DNA of 64,000 bases from contig OZ076409.1 in NCBI GenBank assembly GCA_964187785.1, positions 89,406,001-89,470,000 of the forward strand, written 5' to 3'. This document shows positions 11,271 through 24,072 of the stretch, one piece after another (within the stretch, counting starts at the first letter, position 1; each line of letters begins with the position of its first letter). Position numbers and translations under genes: made by a program. Source of the stretch: Amphiscolops sp. MND2022. Lineage: Eukaryota. Under the pieces are notes generated by a model, which made no database searches, was not told the origin of the DNA, and was given only the letters and a program-made list of their open reading frames with translations.

Positions 11271-12608
11271 ACCTGCAGACAGTGGTTTGTGAATTCATCA
11301 CCAGCAGCCTGGATGTGGAGTTTGCAGCCAACGCCATGCATGCTGCAGTCTACTTCGAAGTGGCAGACTTGGAGAAGAACTGTCTCACCTACATAGCTGC
11401 CAACGCCAACGACTTCTTCAAAAGCAAAGCTTTTCTGGAAATGGGAGAACTTGCATTTTTGAAGGTAACGACTAACTGTTCAAACGTTATTCAAAAGCTA
11501 AACTTACCAACTTACCACTGAATCAATCAAAAAAATCTGCTTTCAATGAGCGAGTTTGCGAGATTTTGTGATTCACGAAACGTTTACCATATTTAAGTTG
11601 CAATTAAACGTATAGAGTGAACAATTTCATTTTGGTTTGGAAATCTGGCAAAAAAGTTACATAAAGTCAATTGAATGAAGTTATCCATCTTGTATCTAAA
11701 ATCTTTGATCTAACGAAATGGGAGTACTACGATCTAATACAACGAACCAATTTTATTAAAACTGTTTTTTTCAAATGAGCAATAGCACTGTGGAATACCC
11801 TGCCAAAAACTTTTAAACTAAAAAAGTACGCTTATGTCAAAAAATCAAACAGCATTTACTAGTAAGATTTCAGAATGGGATATTCAGACCTGAAGTCGGA
11901 AGAATTCGGAGCACCTACAAGTTTAAGTGAGTAGTAATGCTAATATTCATAGTATTAATCCTAAGCAATTAATAACTACACTGCCTATTCTGTAGTATGA
12001 ATGGAAAATGTCTTGAATTTTTGAATATTGTAACTATGAAAAAGAATTCGGTGTTTTTAAGTGTTTAAACAGCTTGTCTTGCAATTCTAAGTCCAAAATC
12101 TACTCAAAAACAATGTTCACTTTCATTGTCAAAACTCTTGGATCACAAAAAATCTCAACATCCTGGAGAGTATAAGTTGGTATGTGAGGTTAAACAATAA
12201 ATATGCATACCTCTGACTTCTTTCTCATTGTGTTACGATGTGTGGTTTCATCAGATTGTGGAATGCAATGATCTGGATGTGGACGAATCAGAGATCCACC
12301 ACGCAATTTTCGAGTGGGTGAAAAACGCGTCTCTCAAAGGAGGAGTGCCGATGAAAACGGTAGCCCTGAAGGTAGTTCGACATCTGCGCATCGCCATATT
12401 CGATGTCGAAACACTTGAGAAGGTGGAAAACGCCAGCGCCAAAGAGGGAGATTACATTCCGGCTGAAATGTTCCAGTTTGCCTGGAAGTTCCATGCCCAG
12501 ATAAACAGCGACAAAAGTGTACCTGTCGTCGGCAAAGAGTGGGCCTCACTCCGAAAAGGAACCAAGCTCCAACCTCACCACAAACACTTGAACGAGTATA
12601 TATCTTGA
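11271..12608 (+). CDS. BTBD19: BTB/BACK-domain protein, BTBD19-like; last two exons (11271-11464, 12255-12608)
   Basis: AG/GT-bounded in-phase exons give a BACK domain (LEKNCLTYIAANANDFFKSKAFLEM...LDVDESEIHHAIFEWV). The C-terminus IPAEMFQFAWKFHA...LRKGTKLQPHH resembles BTBD19. Upstream BTB exons are not in the window. Confidence 0.8.
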
Positions 12609-15299
12609 ACGACTTATTTTATTTGCGTTTTATTAATTTCGTCATCCTACATGTATAAAGATGCTTAGCAGCGCCATTAAAATTTTCAATAGTTGAGTTC
12701 TTTTCAGTTCAAAAATTTTCAGTTAAAGCATTGATTTGACCTCATCAAGTAACGAGATACCCTGTGAAAAAATGGATGTCGTCCATCGATTCATCTGAAC
12801 TTGCCCACTTCGTTTTTTTTCTTTTTAAAAGAAACTTCTTTCTCTCTCCTCTCTGATTCCTCTGATTCCTGGGTTCTCTCTGCCAATGTATTTCCGTCAA
12901 TTTTTAAATTTGAATATGAAAAGTTCTTCACTGCAAAAAGAAAATGTTTGAATTACTTGCCGTAGTTATTCATTTTTACGATAGCATTCTGATGTCTTGA
13001 TTGAATTAGGCTGAAACAAACATGTACTTTCATACCTTTTTGTACTGGCATCGCTCAATGTTGTACAATTTGGTGGCTGATCAAAACGTAAACCAATTAG
13101 GCATGTCTGCACTGTTAATAGTACAGATCAATTAACTTTGTAAAACAACAGGATCGACAAGCGTAAAGGACATCTTCACCAATATCGAAAAACATAACAA
13201 CCAGCCAGGAACTGCGGCCGCTCAAAGTTCACGAAAACCAACTTTTTTGAATATGCAAAGAGACTTTTGTTATCAACTTTACAGTTATCAAATTTACATG
13301 GCCGGAAAATACCCGGAAGCATTCTGGATATCAACTCTGGACTCAGGTCTTGACTAACCCTTTATTCGTCATTCTAAGCCTTTTTTGGCACCATCATGAT
13401 CGAAACGTTTTAGAAGTTTTTTGTAAAAACGGTCGTTAGGAAGTCACCCGTACGAGAAGCTGAAGCCAAGAAAGCGGCAAGACCTAAAAATGATGCAAAG
13501 TAAACCGCAAGACCACAGATGTCGGGTGACCGAGTCAATTTAGTACAAAAAAAGTTCTTGTTGTACATTTTGGAAAACCTTGTGTGGTAGCCTTGATGCC
13601 GCATATGATCACATCTTGTATCTTGCTAAGCGAGGTCGAACCGGAGCAAAAATATTTATTTAAGAAACACTTGTTGATACCTGTATTGTTATCTTGTTTT
13701 CTATAGATTCAGTCACAATGCCTCATTTTTTAGGCGAAGTATCTTGAGAATAGTCAATGTGGCATCATGCAAAGTGTCTTGTAACTATTCCAACTGTGCT
13801 TTTAGGCGGATTGTTGCACTAAAGTAAAAAAAATTCCAGGCCGAAAACATCTGGTCCAATCATTTGGCCAAATTACCGAGGAAAAAATGGGAATGCTCGA
13901 TTGAATCTGCGGATCGGAATCTGTGTATGTCCGACGTCGAACTACTTTTGATTTGTTCCTACTCGCTTTTAAATTATTTTGTTGAGCTTGTTGAATTCTC
14001 AGTGGGGCAAATGCGGTGTATGCATGCTCACCCTCACTGCCGCAAAGACAAGAAAAGAGGAAATGTCCGAGGCACGTTTTATGCTCTAAATCAATTTCTA
14101 CCTCTGGATTCTAGCATTTAACTGGGTTTCTGGGTTTCTACATTCTAGCATTTAAAAAAGTCGACCCGAGTCCATTCGTTGCGCTTCCAAAAATGAATAG
14201 TCGAGCGGAGTGCTCATTTGGAAATTCAAACCTTTCGTTTCGGCCTGTTCGTGTCCATGCCTTTTGATCCAAATGGTAACAAAGGATATTCAGTTCGTCT
14301 CCCGTCGAAGTTTTGATAATGCAGGTAACATCGTAATTCGGCGTGTTTCTGTTACATCACCTGCGAAAGAAATTTACATTTCATGAGTTTGATTTTGATC
14401 TTTGATTGCAAGATTTTTTCGCATCATATTAAAAACGCCTACCATACGTCCCTTTCTTTTTACTTCAAATTGACTTTCGACATTCAAAGAAACGCTGAAA
14501 AATTGTATGACATAGTGCTATCTCAACAGATAGGTATTATCTACGCGATCTTCTCTTTAGAACGCAATTTGATGTGAAGAAAATGTTTAAAACTAGTAAT
14601 ACTTTCAAAACTGGCTGTGTTGCAACGAAGAACTGAACTGAATTAGTTAGTTATGATCAAAATTGGTTGATGTATTTTTAATTGCAATTGATGTTGGAAA
14701 TTGGTCAGCATCGGGTATATGCAGCACCAAGACAGGTATCTTTGAATGCTGAGAAAGCGTTTTACAGAAGTTGGATTTCCACATTTTTTTTGAAGCACTT
14801 ATAAACAATTTTGCTTTGATGTCATGTGTCGAAAAAAATGAAGACTTTCTGTCAGTTTTTGCGTTTTTGAAAACCTTTAGGAAGCCAAAATTTGCTCAAC
14901 AGTAAAGGTTCTCAACACTTTGACCGAAAACGAAATTAGCAACTATGCTCTTTAGTTAAAGATGGGTGATTGAAAAAATGCACTTTTTGCTTTTTTAGGA
15001 AACCTCGTGAAAATATAATATGTAGTTTAGACTCAGAGCTACTTGAGAAACTTTTTACCAAAGAGAATTCCAACTGCATATTTGTTGTGATGGACTTACT
15101 GAATAGCAGGAATTGGAATGCTTTGAGACAACGCACACCAGCGACGAAAGATCCCTGGCGTTTTTTTGTAGGTCTGTCGCTGCAATTGGGCTGAAAGATC
15201 AAACGAAACTCGGTGAGATTGCTCAAATTTTCCTCTTCACGTATTTACCTTAAAAGATTTTTTTACTTTCCCTCTGAATCGGCCAGAGGTTTTGTTTCT

Positions 15300-17981
15300 T
15301 TTTCGGGACCACACACCCAAATGCAATATTCCTGGAAACGCTTACCTTTCTATGACAAATAATAAAACTTGTAATGCCCTTGAGTGACTCATATTGCTAG
15401 CTTCGCTAAGCCTGTCTTCGGAAACATCACCGAGAGGTGTCAAAAGCCAAAAGTCACCACTCAGCGCAATAATCGTCAGGCGTATCTTGGCTGGGGTCAA
15501 CGAGCATGCAAAACAGATTCGTGAGAAAAATCTCAACAGAAAAGTGAGTTAGATCGATGATTGCGCTCAGTTTGCACAGAATTAGACGAGGGTAACGTTC
15601 TGGACGGAGTTTGAATGGCTCTAGCGGACGACAAGATTGCTCATTTTACTGTCGACAATTATGTGGCTTTCATGTTATTACATCCGCAGCAAGACAGTTG
15701 TACTGTTCCGGACCCCACAAAAGTGGAAAGTTTTTCAACGTCCGAGATTCATATGCACAAACCTCTGATATCCCTCCCCAACGGATTTAGTGCAGGTTTA
15801 GATGACACTTAGACTCAAAGTTTCAAAGACCTGACTACCAAGTCGAATGCTTTCTATTTTCTCAGAGGTTCGACGAATTTTGGTTTTGTTATACCGGAAA
15901 GAAAGGTACCTGACGACATTTGACCTTACTTCTTCGGTGCTAAATTGATTGTTCTGAAGAAGGACTTAGGCCTACTGCAACAATCGCAACAATCTTTAGC
16001 GGCTGTCGGCAAATTGTGCTGGTTACCATGTTCTTGAAAAGCGATAAGCAAGGTACGAAAGTCGTCAAGTAGGCGTTGAAGGTAAGACGGGCATCCAATT
16101 GCGCATTCAACTCTGTCAAGAGACAATTCATGCTTGAAAAAACCCTTGAAGTTCATCCAGAAAGTTACAATATTCACTCGTAGCATATAGTCAACCAATC
16201 TTCCTTTTTTACAGCGACTAGGCAATCAAGTCTGGTAAAGGAAGGCAGCAACGAGACTTGAATCTCCAGCTTCATTTTCTAACGCCATTCAAGACTTGAT
16301 AGATAATTTTGAGTCGAGAACAAACCTAATGTACCTTGATGACGAAAACTTCAGTGACAATAACAAAACCGTAATGAAGTATTGGTAAAAATGTTGAAGC
16401 TGAAAATCTTAGAACGCAAAATCAGACCCTCGAAAAGAGAAATTTTTCATGGATGAAGTCACCGAAAAGCGACGATTAACAATTTTATCTGCATTTCAAA
16501 AATTTTGCCTCGGAATCATATCTCTGACGAGGTATGAACTGCCTCGATAAAAAATCACAGGCAGACTTAATTGAAAAGGAAGCTGATGAACTGAAAAAAA
16601 GTAACGGAACTTTTTGAAAAAAAATTTAGACGCATTATGGATTTTACATGTTAGAAATTGCGCTTCGGTTGCGTGTGACTTCCTAACGACGACTTTCCCT
16701 GAAACTTTCGAAGTTTTTCCGTTCACGAGAGCGCTTGAAAAAGGTTGCTTGTTGCGAACGAGCCGGAGATTCATACTGATGGGACCAAAGAAACTGGACC
16801 CAACACTTGTTCCAGCGTACTGCTAAAAACTTGATATCTGAAAAGAATAAAAAACGATAGAAGCATTTCGAAGCTCAACAAGATGTTTTTGGGTCGCAGT
16901 GCTTGAACGTCGTTCCCTGTAAAACTAGGAACTGAAGAGTGATAACCGGCAGCTGAGGATTTCATTGGTCTACGCCTTGGAGCAATCATCTGCGTAGCGC
17001 ACACATGCCACTGTGATAAAAATGGTAAATTATTACATGGCTCAAAGTCTTTCGGCCTAAACCATTCGATCACTCAGCCTAACTTTATAAGCCGAAAATC
17101 CTGGTGAATGGTCACTTGGTTTAATGCCATTTGGTTTAAAATCAATGAGTTGAAAATGCGTGGCAGATGCCTCGATGTTGCATCTTGGCGAAAGGAGAGC
17201 AGCGACCGAGCCATAAAAACATATGCTAAACATTTCGTAACACTTTCAGTTTCCTAAACGTTCCAATGAAAATTCAATTCAGTTTTTGTTTTTAATAGGT
17301 TGTTTTCAGCCAATGCTTGAGTCAGACTGGAGTCGGCACACTTTGTGGTCACTTGGCAATAAAATATTAGGTCAAATGTCTCAAGGAAAAATTAGGCCGA
17401 AAGTTTTCACGCCACGGGACTTGTAACCGATGGCAAGTACAAAGAAACTGTTTACATGGTCTTTCTTGACCCAAACGTGCGGGTCGCTTCTCGCATAATG
17501 CTATATTTAACTCACTTATAAGGCGGACGTTGGGCTCTCTCGACTTGCCTTTAGTTCTGCAACTCCGTCGGCTGTATAGAACCGACGTCAAACGCCCATA
17601 CGGTGTTTACAATATTCCTTGGGAAATGGATGAAAAGTGCCATGGGATGTCACGGTTGTCGATGTCGTTGAACACAGTTGCTTGAATTAAGGCTCCTTGG
17701 GCAACCCTGGAACCACCAGATGCAGAATGATGGAAGCCTTATCAAGGTTTAATTAACAACTGATGCATCTTTCAACCGGTGGCCTCGGAAGAACAGGGTT
17801 CTTAAGGTGGAAGTAGTGAAATCTGCATAACGCGCATCTGTGAAATTTTGTTCGCATGATGATCAACGAAACTAGCTTTTTCAGGCAACTTATCTCAATG
17901 GCTCTAGAAATCGGCAATGTGGCATGTGTTCTAGGAATAGTGAACGACAGGGCTGCTTTTGAAGAAATATAATACATTTAG
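15300..17981 (+). mobile_element. Heavily decayed CRE-like non-LTR retrotransposon (RT plus restriction-like endonuclease)
   Basis: Fragments in the expected order: LDEGNV, LPNGFSAGLD, PYFFGAKLIVLKK (~15925), MYLDD (~16330), IGLRLGAIICVAHTCHC (~16965), KRPYGV..IPWE...WDVTVVD (~17590-17665), ISMALEIGNVACVLG (~17895). Confidence 0.75.
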
Positions 17982-19078
17982 CAGTGTTTGTTGGGACTGG
18001 CTTTCCTCGTTGCAACTCGACGATCAGCGTGGGTTGGGAGTTTTTCCTCTTTGTTTTGGTTCTGTCTGTCGATTGGGATAGTAGCTGGCATGAGTAGTAG
18101 TAGTGCTTGATCGTTTATTTCGATTCCTTTTGGTTGCAGACCACGGATGTGTTTCCCCCCCCCCCCCACATGATGACCTAAACGGCACGAGATTAATGAC
18201 GACGATCTGTGTCATCTGAGAAAGTTAAGATTTTCGACCAAAACATCGCAATTTTGCCGAATACGAAATTTCCATAAGTTCAAGAAGTCCATAGGGCAAT
18301 TTTGAAACAACTTTGAGAACATTTTGAATGTAAGCTCTGTATAAGCAACTTTTCAAATGTGAAACGTTTTGAGAAGTTGGACTTATTCAACAAGGGACAG
18401 AAATTTTGTCAGTGATTGTAATTAAAGTCTTTTAGGAACAGTAGTCTACTGTAAAACAACCATCAAAAATTACTCAAGACAACTGAGCCTTTAGCAGCCA
18501 GCATTTGCAGATAGAACATGGAAATAATTCATGAGTTTCAGGGATTTTGAACAATTGGCATGTTTTCGTTTTCAGGGTTGTTCAATCAATAATCGAAAAA
18601 ACAACCATTGCAATATTTGGCTAACAATTATTGATAGCTAATTGTTTCACTACCCATTTATCGAATGCTAACTTTCCTATTATTGCCAATTTTTCACATG
18701 ATCAGTAGGCAATACCAAAGTTTGTCAGAAATTTTTTCAAAAGGTGCAGGATGCGAACCGATTGGGACAATGATGCTGTCAATGTGGTAAAACATTAAAA
18801 AGACACATATTGATCAAAGAACTTTTGAGGGTTGACCAAGAAAACAATGGTTCGAATGCTCGTTTAGACAGAAGTAAGCAGGGTAATAAAAATACTGGGG
18901 CGCCGCGAAAAAGACTTGGCACAAAACAATTGCATCTGTGAGACTTAAGTTTGAAGGTCAAAAAAACCAGAGGAGCAGTGTGAGAAAGATGGTTTTGCCT
19001 CAGGGTAACCATTGCATCAGAGTACCAGTATTTAACTTTCTGGAATCATTTTCAAGCAAACCTTGTTTGGCATAGTCC

Positions 19079-20030
19079 AATCTGCGACAGACTGACACTC
19101 GAGCATATTGAGCAGCAGCTTTTCCTCGAAGCCATTAAAAAACTGGAATCGAAACTGTGTCTGAAATTGTTTACAAGTCGTGAATGCTTTTGTTAAGTGG
19201 TTTGTTGTTTAAAAAAATTGATTTTTCTTGTTTTAAACTTTTGCAATTGTTGTGATAGGTTTTTTAAACAGAACCAGTGTGCACCTTCAACAAGAATACC
19301 TAATTCAAGGATGCGTTCAATGCAGTGCATCGAGATGCCCAAATGAAAAACAGCTTCGTTAAAGAACTTGAGAGACGTTGGTTGAAATTGAAAGAAAATC
19401 TGGTTGCTAGAGACGGCTTTGGATCTTTTTGACCTGGATTGGATCTTTATATACATGGTCTTCCTTATAGGCGCAAGAAAACGCTTTTAAATCACTAGGA
19501 CGCCTTAAAAAAAGGGATTGGAAAGCTATATTCTAACAATTCGTGGCCTTTTAAACCCACACGCTGTCGACACTATAAAAAACTCCAAAACTTCTTACCA
19601 AAAAGTAGAACCGAAACATTATAAATTTGGCATGACGTGATCAGCAATTGCATTTGCAAACATCGAAGCAACGGTATCAGACCCTGCCAGACAGAGAATT
19701 TGTTGGACATCCTGTGTGTTCGTTCAAGAACAGAATAGCAGCCATTCTTTACGTCCAACGCTCAAACTCACCAAATATCCTGCAAAAGCTAAAGAGCACG
19801 GGTATTCTTATTCTGGAAGTGAAGACACGCCTCACGTCAACCCGGAAAAGCATTGTTGATTTCAAGCAAATAACACAAATATTGGGACTGGTCTCAAAAT
19901 ACTTCATACTACATTGAAGCACCAGAACATCCTTAGAAAACAGATCCGCATAAAGCGATCCCTCTCGAAAACCCAACCATATTAGAGAAGGCGGACGAAC
20001 GCCGAGAAAAAAGCCTTGTTACTTGATAGT
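19079..20030 (+). mobile_element. Decayed repeat with an SGNH-like ORF remnant; its 5' leader is shared with 23671-23875
   Basis: AATCTGCGACAGACTGACAC...GAGCAGCAGCTTTTCCTC...AAGTCGTGAATGCTTTT matches 23671 onward. Frameshifted peptide VFLIGA...WHDVISN...FKNRIAAILYVQR. Confidence 0.5.
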
Positions 20031-20099
20031 TATCGATTCAAATTGTGAAAGGGCGGATGAAGCTAGGATTACCGGAACTCAAAGCTTCGTTGCTACGAA

Positions 20100-20580
20100 A
20101 AAAGTTTCCTTCCACTAGTGTCTTTCAATTGAAAGATGTGCAGTTGCAGAGCCAATGATGTTAACCGGTTTGTCTCCGATCGAGCCAGTGTTATAGGGTT
20201 TTGGGGTTGATGCACAGTGTTTGGCAGCAGATTGTTTTACTACATTGATGTCAATTCCGGAGTCAACTAGGAAATGTCGTGACACGCTATTGACTTTAGC
20301 AAGAATGAAGCGTCGTTGGCGTCATTTGTAAGATAAACTTGCAACGACGTCGGAATCATCAGATTCGCGAGGAGGTACTTCCAATACCGCGACTCGTTTC
20401 TGCGCCAGACACACTCCTCGAAAATGACCCTTGCCATTAGATTTGCGGCAGATTTTGTCTGGCAGGACATACGGCTTTGAGACCCGCACCAGTGGCATCG
20501 ACTAGAGGATCCGGAACTCTGGACATGAGACAGTTTGATTGAAACCTTTGTAAACTTTTTGTTCGTAGCAGCGACCACTG
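20100..20580 (-). pseudogene. gag-protease fragment of a Ty3/gypsy (Mag-like) element
   Basis: Minus strand gives CHWCGSQ...GKGHFRGVC (broken double knuckle) followed by FLVDSGIDINVV (retropepsin active-site motif). Confidence 0.65.
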
Positions 20581-21049
20581 CAACTTCGTGAGTTGACGAA
20601 CTTGTTTGTTGTCTAGTTTATCAGTTTAAGCCTAAGTCTTGTGATAAACTTAAAAAATAGATTGAGCTGATAAATTGTGGTAATCTCATAGAGCAAACGT
20701 AGAATGAAACATTGAATCACTTTCCACTTAAAAATCATTATCAGCTCAAAAACATTGTTTATTGTTAATTGAATCAGTTAATGATACACGTAGTCACCAC
20801 ACACTTAGAGCTTTATTTGATGAAACATGCCGTAATTTCAATTGTATTGATCAAGAAAAAGCACTTGTTTTTTGGTTCGAAGTAAGATTACTAAATTGGG
20901 GTAGTAAAATGCTGGAGCGCGGCGAAAATGACATGCCACAATGTAAAAAAATTTGCCTGTGCGAGACCTCAAAAGATTGAAGGTTAACAAGAACCAGAGG
21001 AACAGTGGGGTAAGGATGATGATTTCGCCTAGTTCATCCGAGTACCACA

Positions 21050-23650
21050 TTTTAGGGTGGCTGTAGATAGGTCGATTTTTTCTGGTCGAAAGGACAGAGA
21101 TCGAACCTTTTGATCGAATTGCAGGAATCGAATGGAATGCGGTCGAAATTGATCGAAGCCTTCGTGTCGAAAACATTCTTTGTTTGCCTCAAGTCGATTG
21201 ACTATCATAATGTGGGGCATATGCTGTGTATGCACGCTCGCCCTCACCGTCGCAAAGACCAGCTCCCACTACGATCGCTTCGCGATCTCCGTTCCCGCTA
21301 GGTCTTTGCTCCTGTTCGACCTCGCTTAGCAAGATGGGAACATAAGCGGCCCCAAGGGGCCGCGGGGCACTAGAGGATATGGGGACATATCCGAGACACG
21401 TTTTAAACTTTTCTCGAAAATTCTATCTGCGGCAATTCGATTTGTTTCCCAAAAATCAAATTTTCGATCTCATTCAGAAATTTGGTATGTCGACCCGAGG
21501 ACTAACTCTGATTTTCGATCCCGTTCCTTCGACCTATTTTGAGGCATGTAAATCCGCTAGGTGACTAGGTGAGCTAGGTACTGGGTAAAATTTGACTGGT
21601 GGACTGGGTATTTTATTTTTAAAAACTGGGTAAATCTTTTCGAAATACTTTTGTCGAAGTAATTGCGTCGATGCCATTGAAATGTAAAATGATCAAAAAA
21701 TGTTTTGGCTGTCGGATATGCCCCGTTTCCTCTAGTGCCCCGCGGCCCCTTGGGGCCACTTATATTTCCATCTTGCTAAACGAGGTCGAACAGGAGCAAA
21801 GACCTAGCGGGAACAGAGATCGCGAAGCGATCATAGTGGGAGCTGGTCTTTGCGACGGTGAGGGCGACCGTGCACACACCGTATATGACACCATATTTAT
21901 TTATATGACCCCATATATTATTTTATAAGGTCCCAAGTTTCGTCTAAAACCAAGTAGTTTTGATCTATGTCGTCGTTAATTGTCTCAATTTACAGTTTTC
22001 TGACCATGAGTTTTGCTAAGTGTCTCAGAATTCAATTTACCTAGTCGATTTTCCTGAAAAACCTAGTAAATTTTCCACCCAGTAACGATTTACCTAGTCA
22101 ACTAGTCAACTAATTGATTTCTCACACTCACCTTTTTCCGCTCACCCCACAATTTAGAGTTTTTGTTGCCGTCATCTAACTCGATCGAAAGCTTTTTTAG
22201 CACAGCTGTTTTGGCATTTTCCAATCTGCGGATATGGAACCAGTTCGTAGAAAACCAGACTAGAATCCAGTTGGTAGAAAAGTGATGTCCAGTTTAATGA
22301 ATTTTTTCTACAAACTGGACCATGATATTATTTTTACGAATAGTTTGTAGAAAAACCGACCAGTTTGTACAATCGAGTTTGTAAATCATCAATTCAAGAA
22401 GAAAAACAATAAGACCAATATTGTAGGAATGATGCAAAGTATAAAACGTGCCTTGGATATGCCCCCGATTCCTCTAGTGCCCCGGGGGCACGGTAACAAG
22501 TTCGAACGCATAAGTTCGATTTTCAATTTCGAATGGACTAAGTTCGAATTTTTCAAAAACCGGAACAAGTTCGAATCACTGTGCTCGAATTTTGAACTAA
22601 GTATAAAACGTGCCTCTGATATTTCCCCATTTCATCTATTGCCCCGCGGCCCCTTGGGGCCGCTTATGTTTCCATCTTGCTAAACGAGGTCGAACAGGAT
22701 CAAAGACCTAGCGGGAACGGAGATCGCGAAGCGATCATAGTGGGAGCTGGTCTTTGCGACGGTGAGGGCGAGGGTGCATACACCGGATATGCCCCACATT
22801 TCAGTTTTTGATTCCTCTGGATCCTAGGCGGTGGAGCTCTCAGGATCTTGTGTGAAGGATGTCCAGTTTACACCGGATATGCCCGATTTGGAAAATTCGA
22901 ACTTGGTGTCTCGAAACTATTCCATTCGAACTCATTGCACTAGTTCAAATTCGAACTTAGTAAATCGAACTTATTGCCCGAAGCCGTGCCCCGCGGCCCC
23001 TTGGGGCCGCTTATGTCCCCATCTTGCTAAGCGAGGTCGATCAGGAACAAAGACCTAGCGGGAACGGAGTTCGCGAAGAGGTCGTAGTGGGAGGGGTGGC
23101 TGTAAATAGGTCGAATTTTTCTGGTCGAAAAGACAGAGGTCGAACCTTTTGATCGAATTGCAGGGATCGAATAGAATGCGGTCGAATTTTGTCGTATTTG
23201 TTGTATGGCTCGGTCGCTTCGCTTCCTTCGCCAAGTAGCAACATTGAGGCATGGCCATATGGCACGTCGCTCCGCTCAGCTTCGCTCCTGCATTCAGGGC
23301 ACTAGGGGTATGTGAACATATCTGACTACGTTGTAAAAATTTCGATCCCAGTTGTTTCGATCCCATTCAAAAATTTGGTATGTCGACCTGTGGACTAACT
23401 CTGATTTTCGATCCCGTTCCTACGACCTACTTCCGCCCACCCTAGTGGGAGCTGGTCTTTGCGACGGTGAGGGCGAGCGTGCATACACCGGATATGCCCC
23501 ACATTTCAGTTTTTAGATCTTATTCCTCTAGATCGTAGGCGGTGGAGCTCTCAGAGTCTTGTGTGAAGGATGTCCAGTTTGTAGAATTTAATGATCCAGT
23601 TTGTTTTAAAAATCTTCGAACTGGAGCACCTAGGACCAGTTTGTAGAATT
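21050..23650. repeat. Nest of non-autonomous TIR elements built on a ~180-bp GC-rich module
   Basis: Module (...GCGGCCCCTTGGGGCCGC...CTTGCTAAGCGAGGTCGAACAGG...TGCGACGGTGAGGGCG...) occurs at ~21210-21390 (-), ~21712-21893 (+), ~22617-22800 (+) and split at 22990-23092/23443-23505. Confidence 0.85.
23093..23442. mobile_element. 350-bp MITE with 8-bp TSD (hAT-like)
   Basis: TAGTGGGA duplicated at 23085-23092 and 23443-23450. Ends GGGTGGC...AGGTCG / CGACCT...GCCCACCC are imperfect inverted repeats. A related copy starts at ~21053. Confidence 0.7.
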
Positions 23651-24072
23651 CTATAAACTGGACCTAATTCAATCTGCGACACAGACTGACACCCGAACAT
23701 CTTGAGCAGCAGCTTTTCCTCAAAGCGAGTAATTTACTATGAACTATCGAAACTGTGTCTAAATTTGTTAAGTCGTGAATGCTTTTAAGCGATTTGTTGT
23801 CTGAAATGAACTGATTGTTCTTTCCTGTTTTTCTTTCCAATTATTGCAATTGCAATTATTTTTTGGTGAGAACATTTTTTGGCAATATTTTTTGGTGATA
23901 TTGCCAGCACACTCGTTGAGATGCATTACACAATAGCACGACAGACATCTGAAGACTGCTTCACTTTGGCCCATCAGTTTTTTGCATTGCTTGCACACTT
24001 CTGAGCATTTTCCATCGACGTCAAAGTTTGCCATTCCAAATATGAAACTTATTAAATAGTTTCATATTTGGA

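Noticed and set aside
13420..13530. Histone H1-like Lys/Ala-rich peptide
   Set aside because: Short, interrupted by a stop, and with no globular domain.
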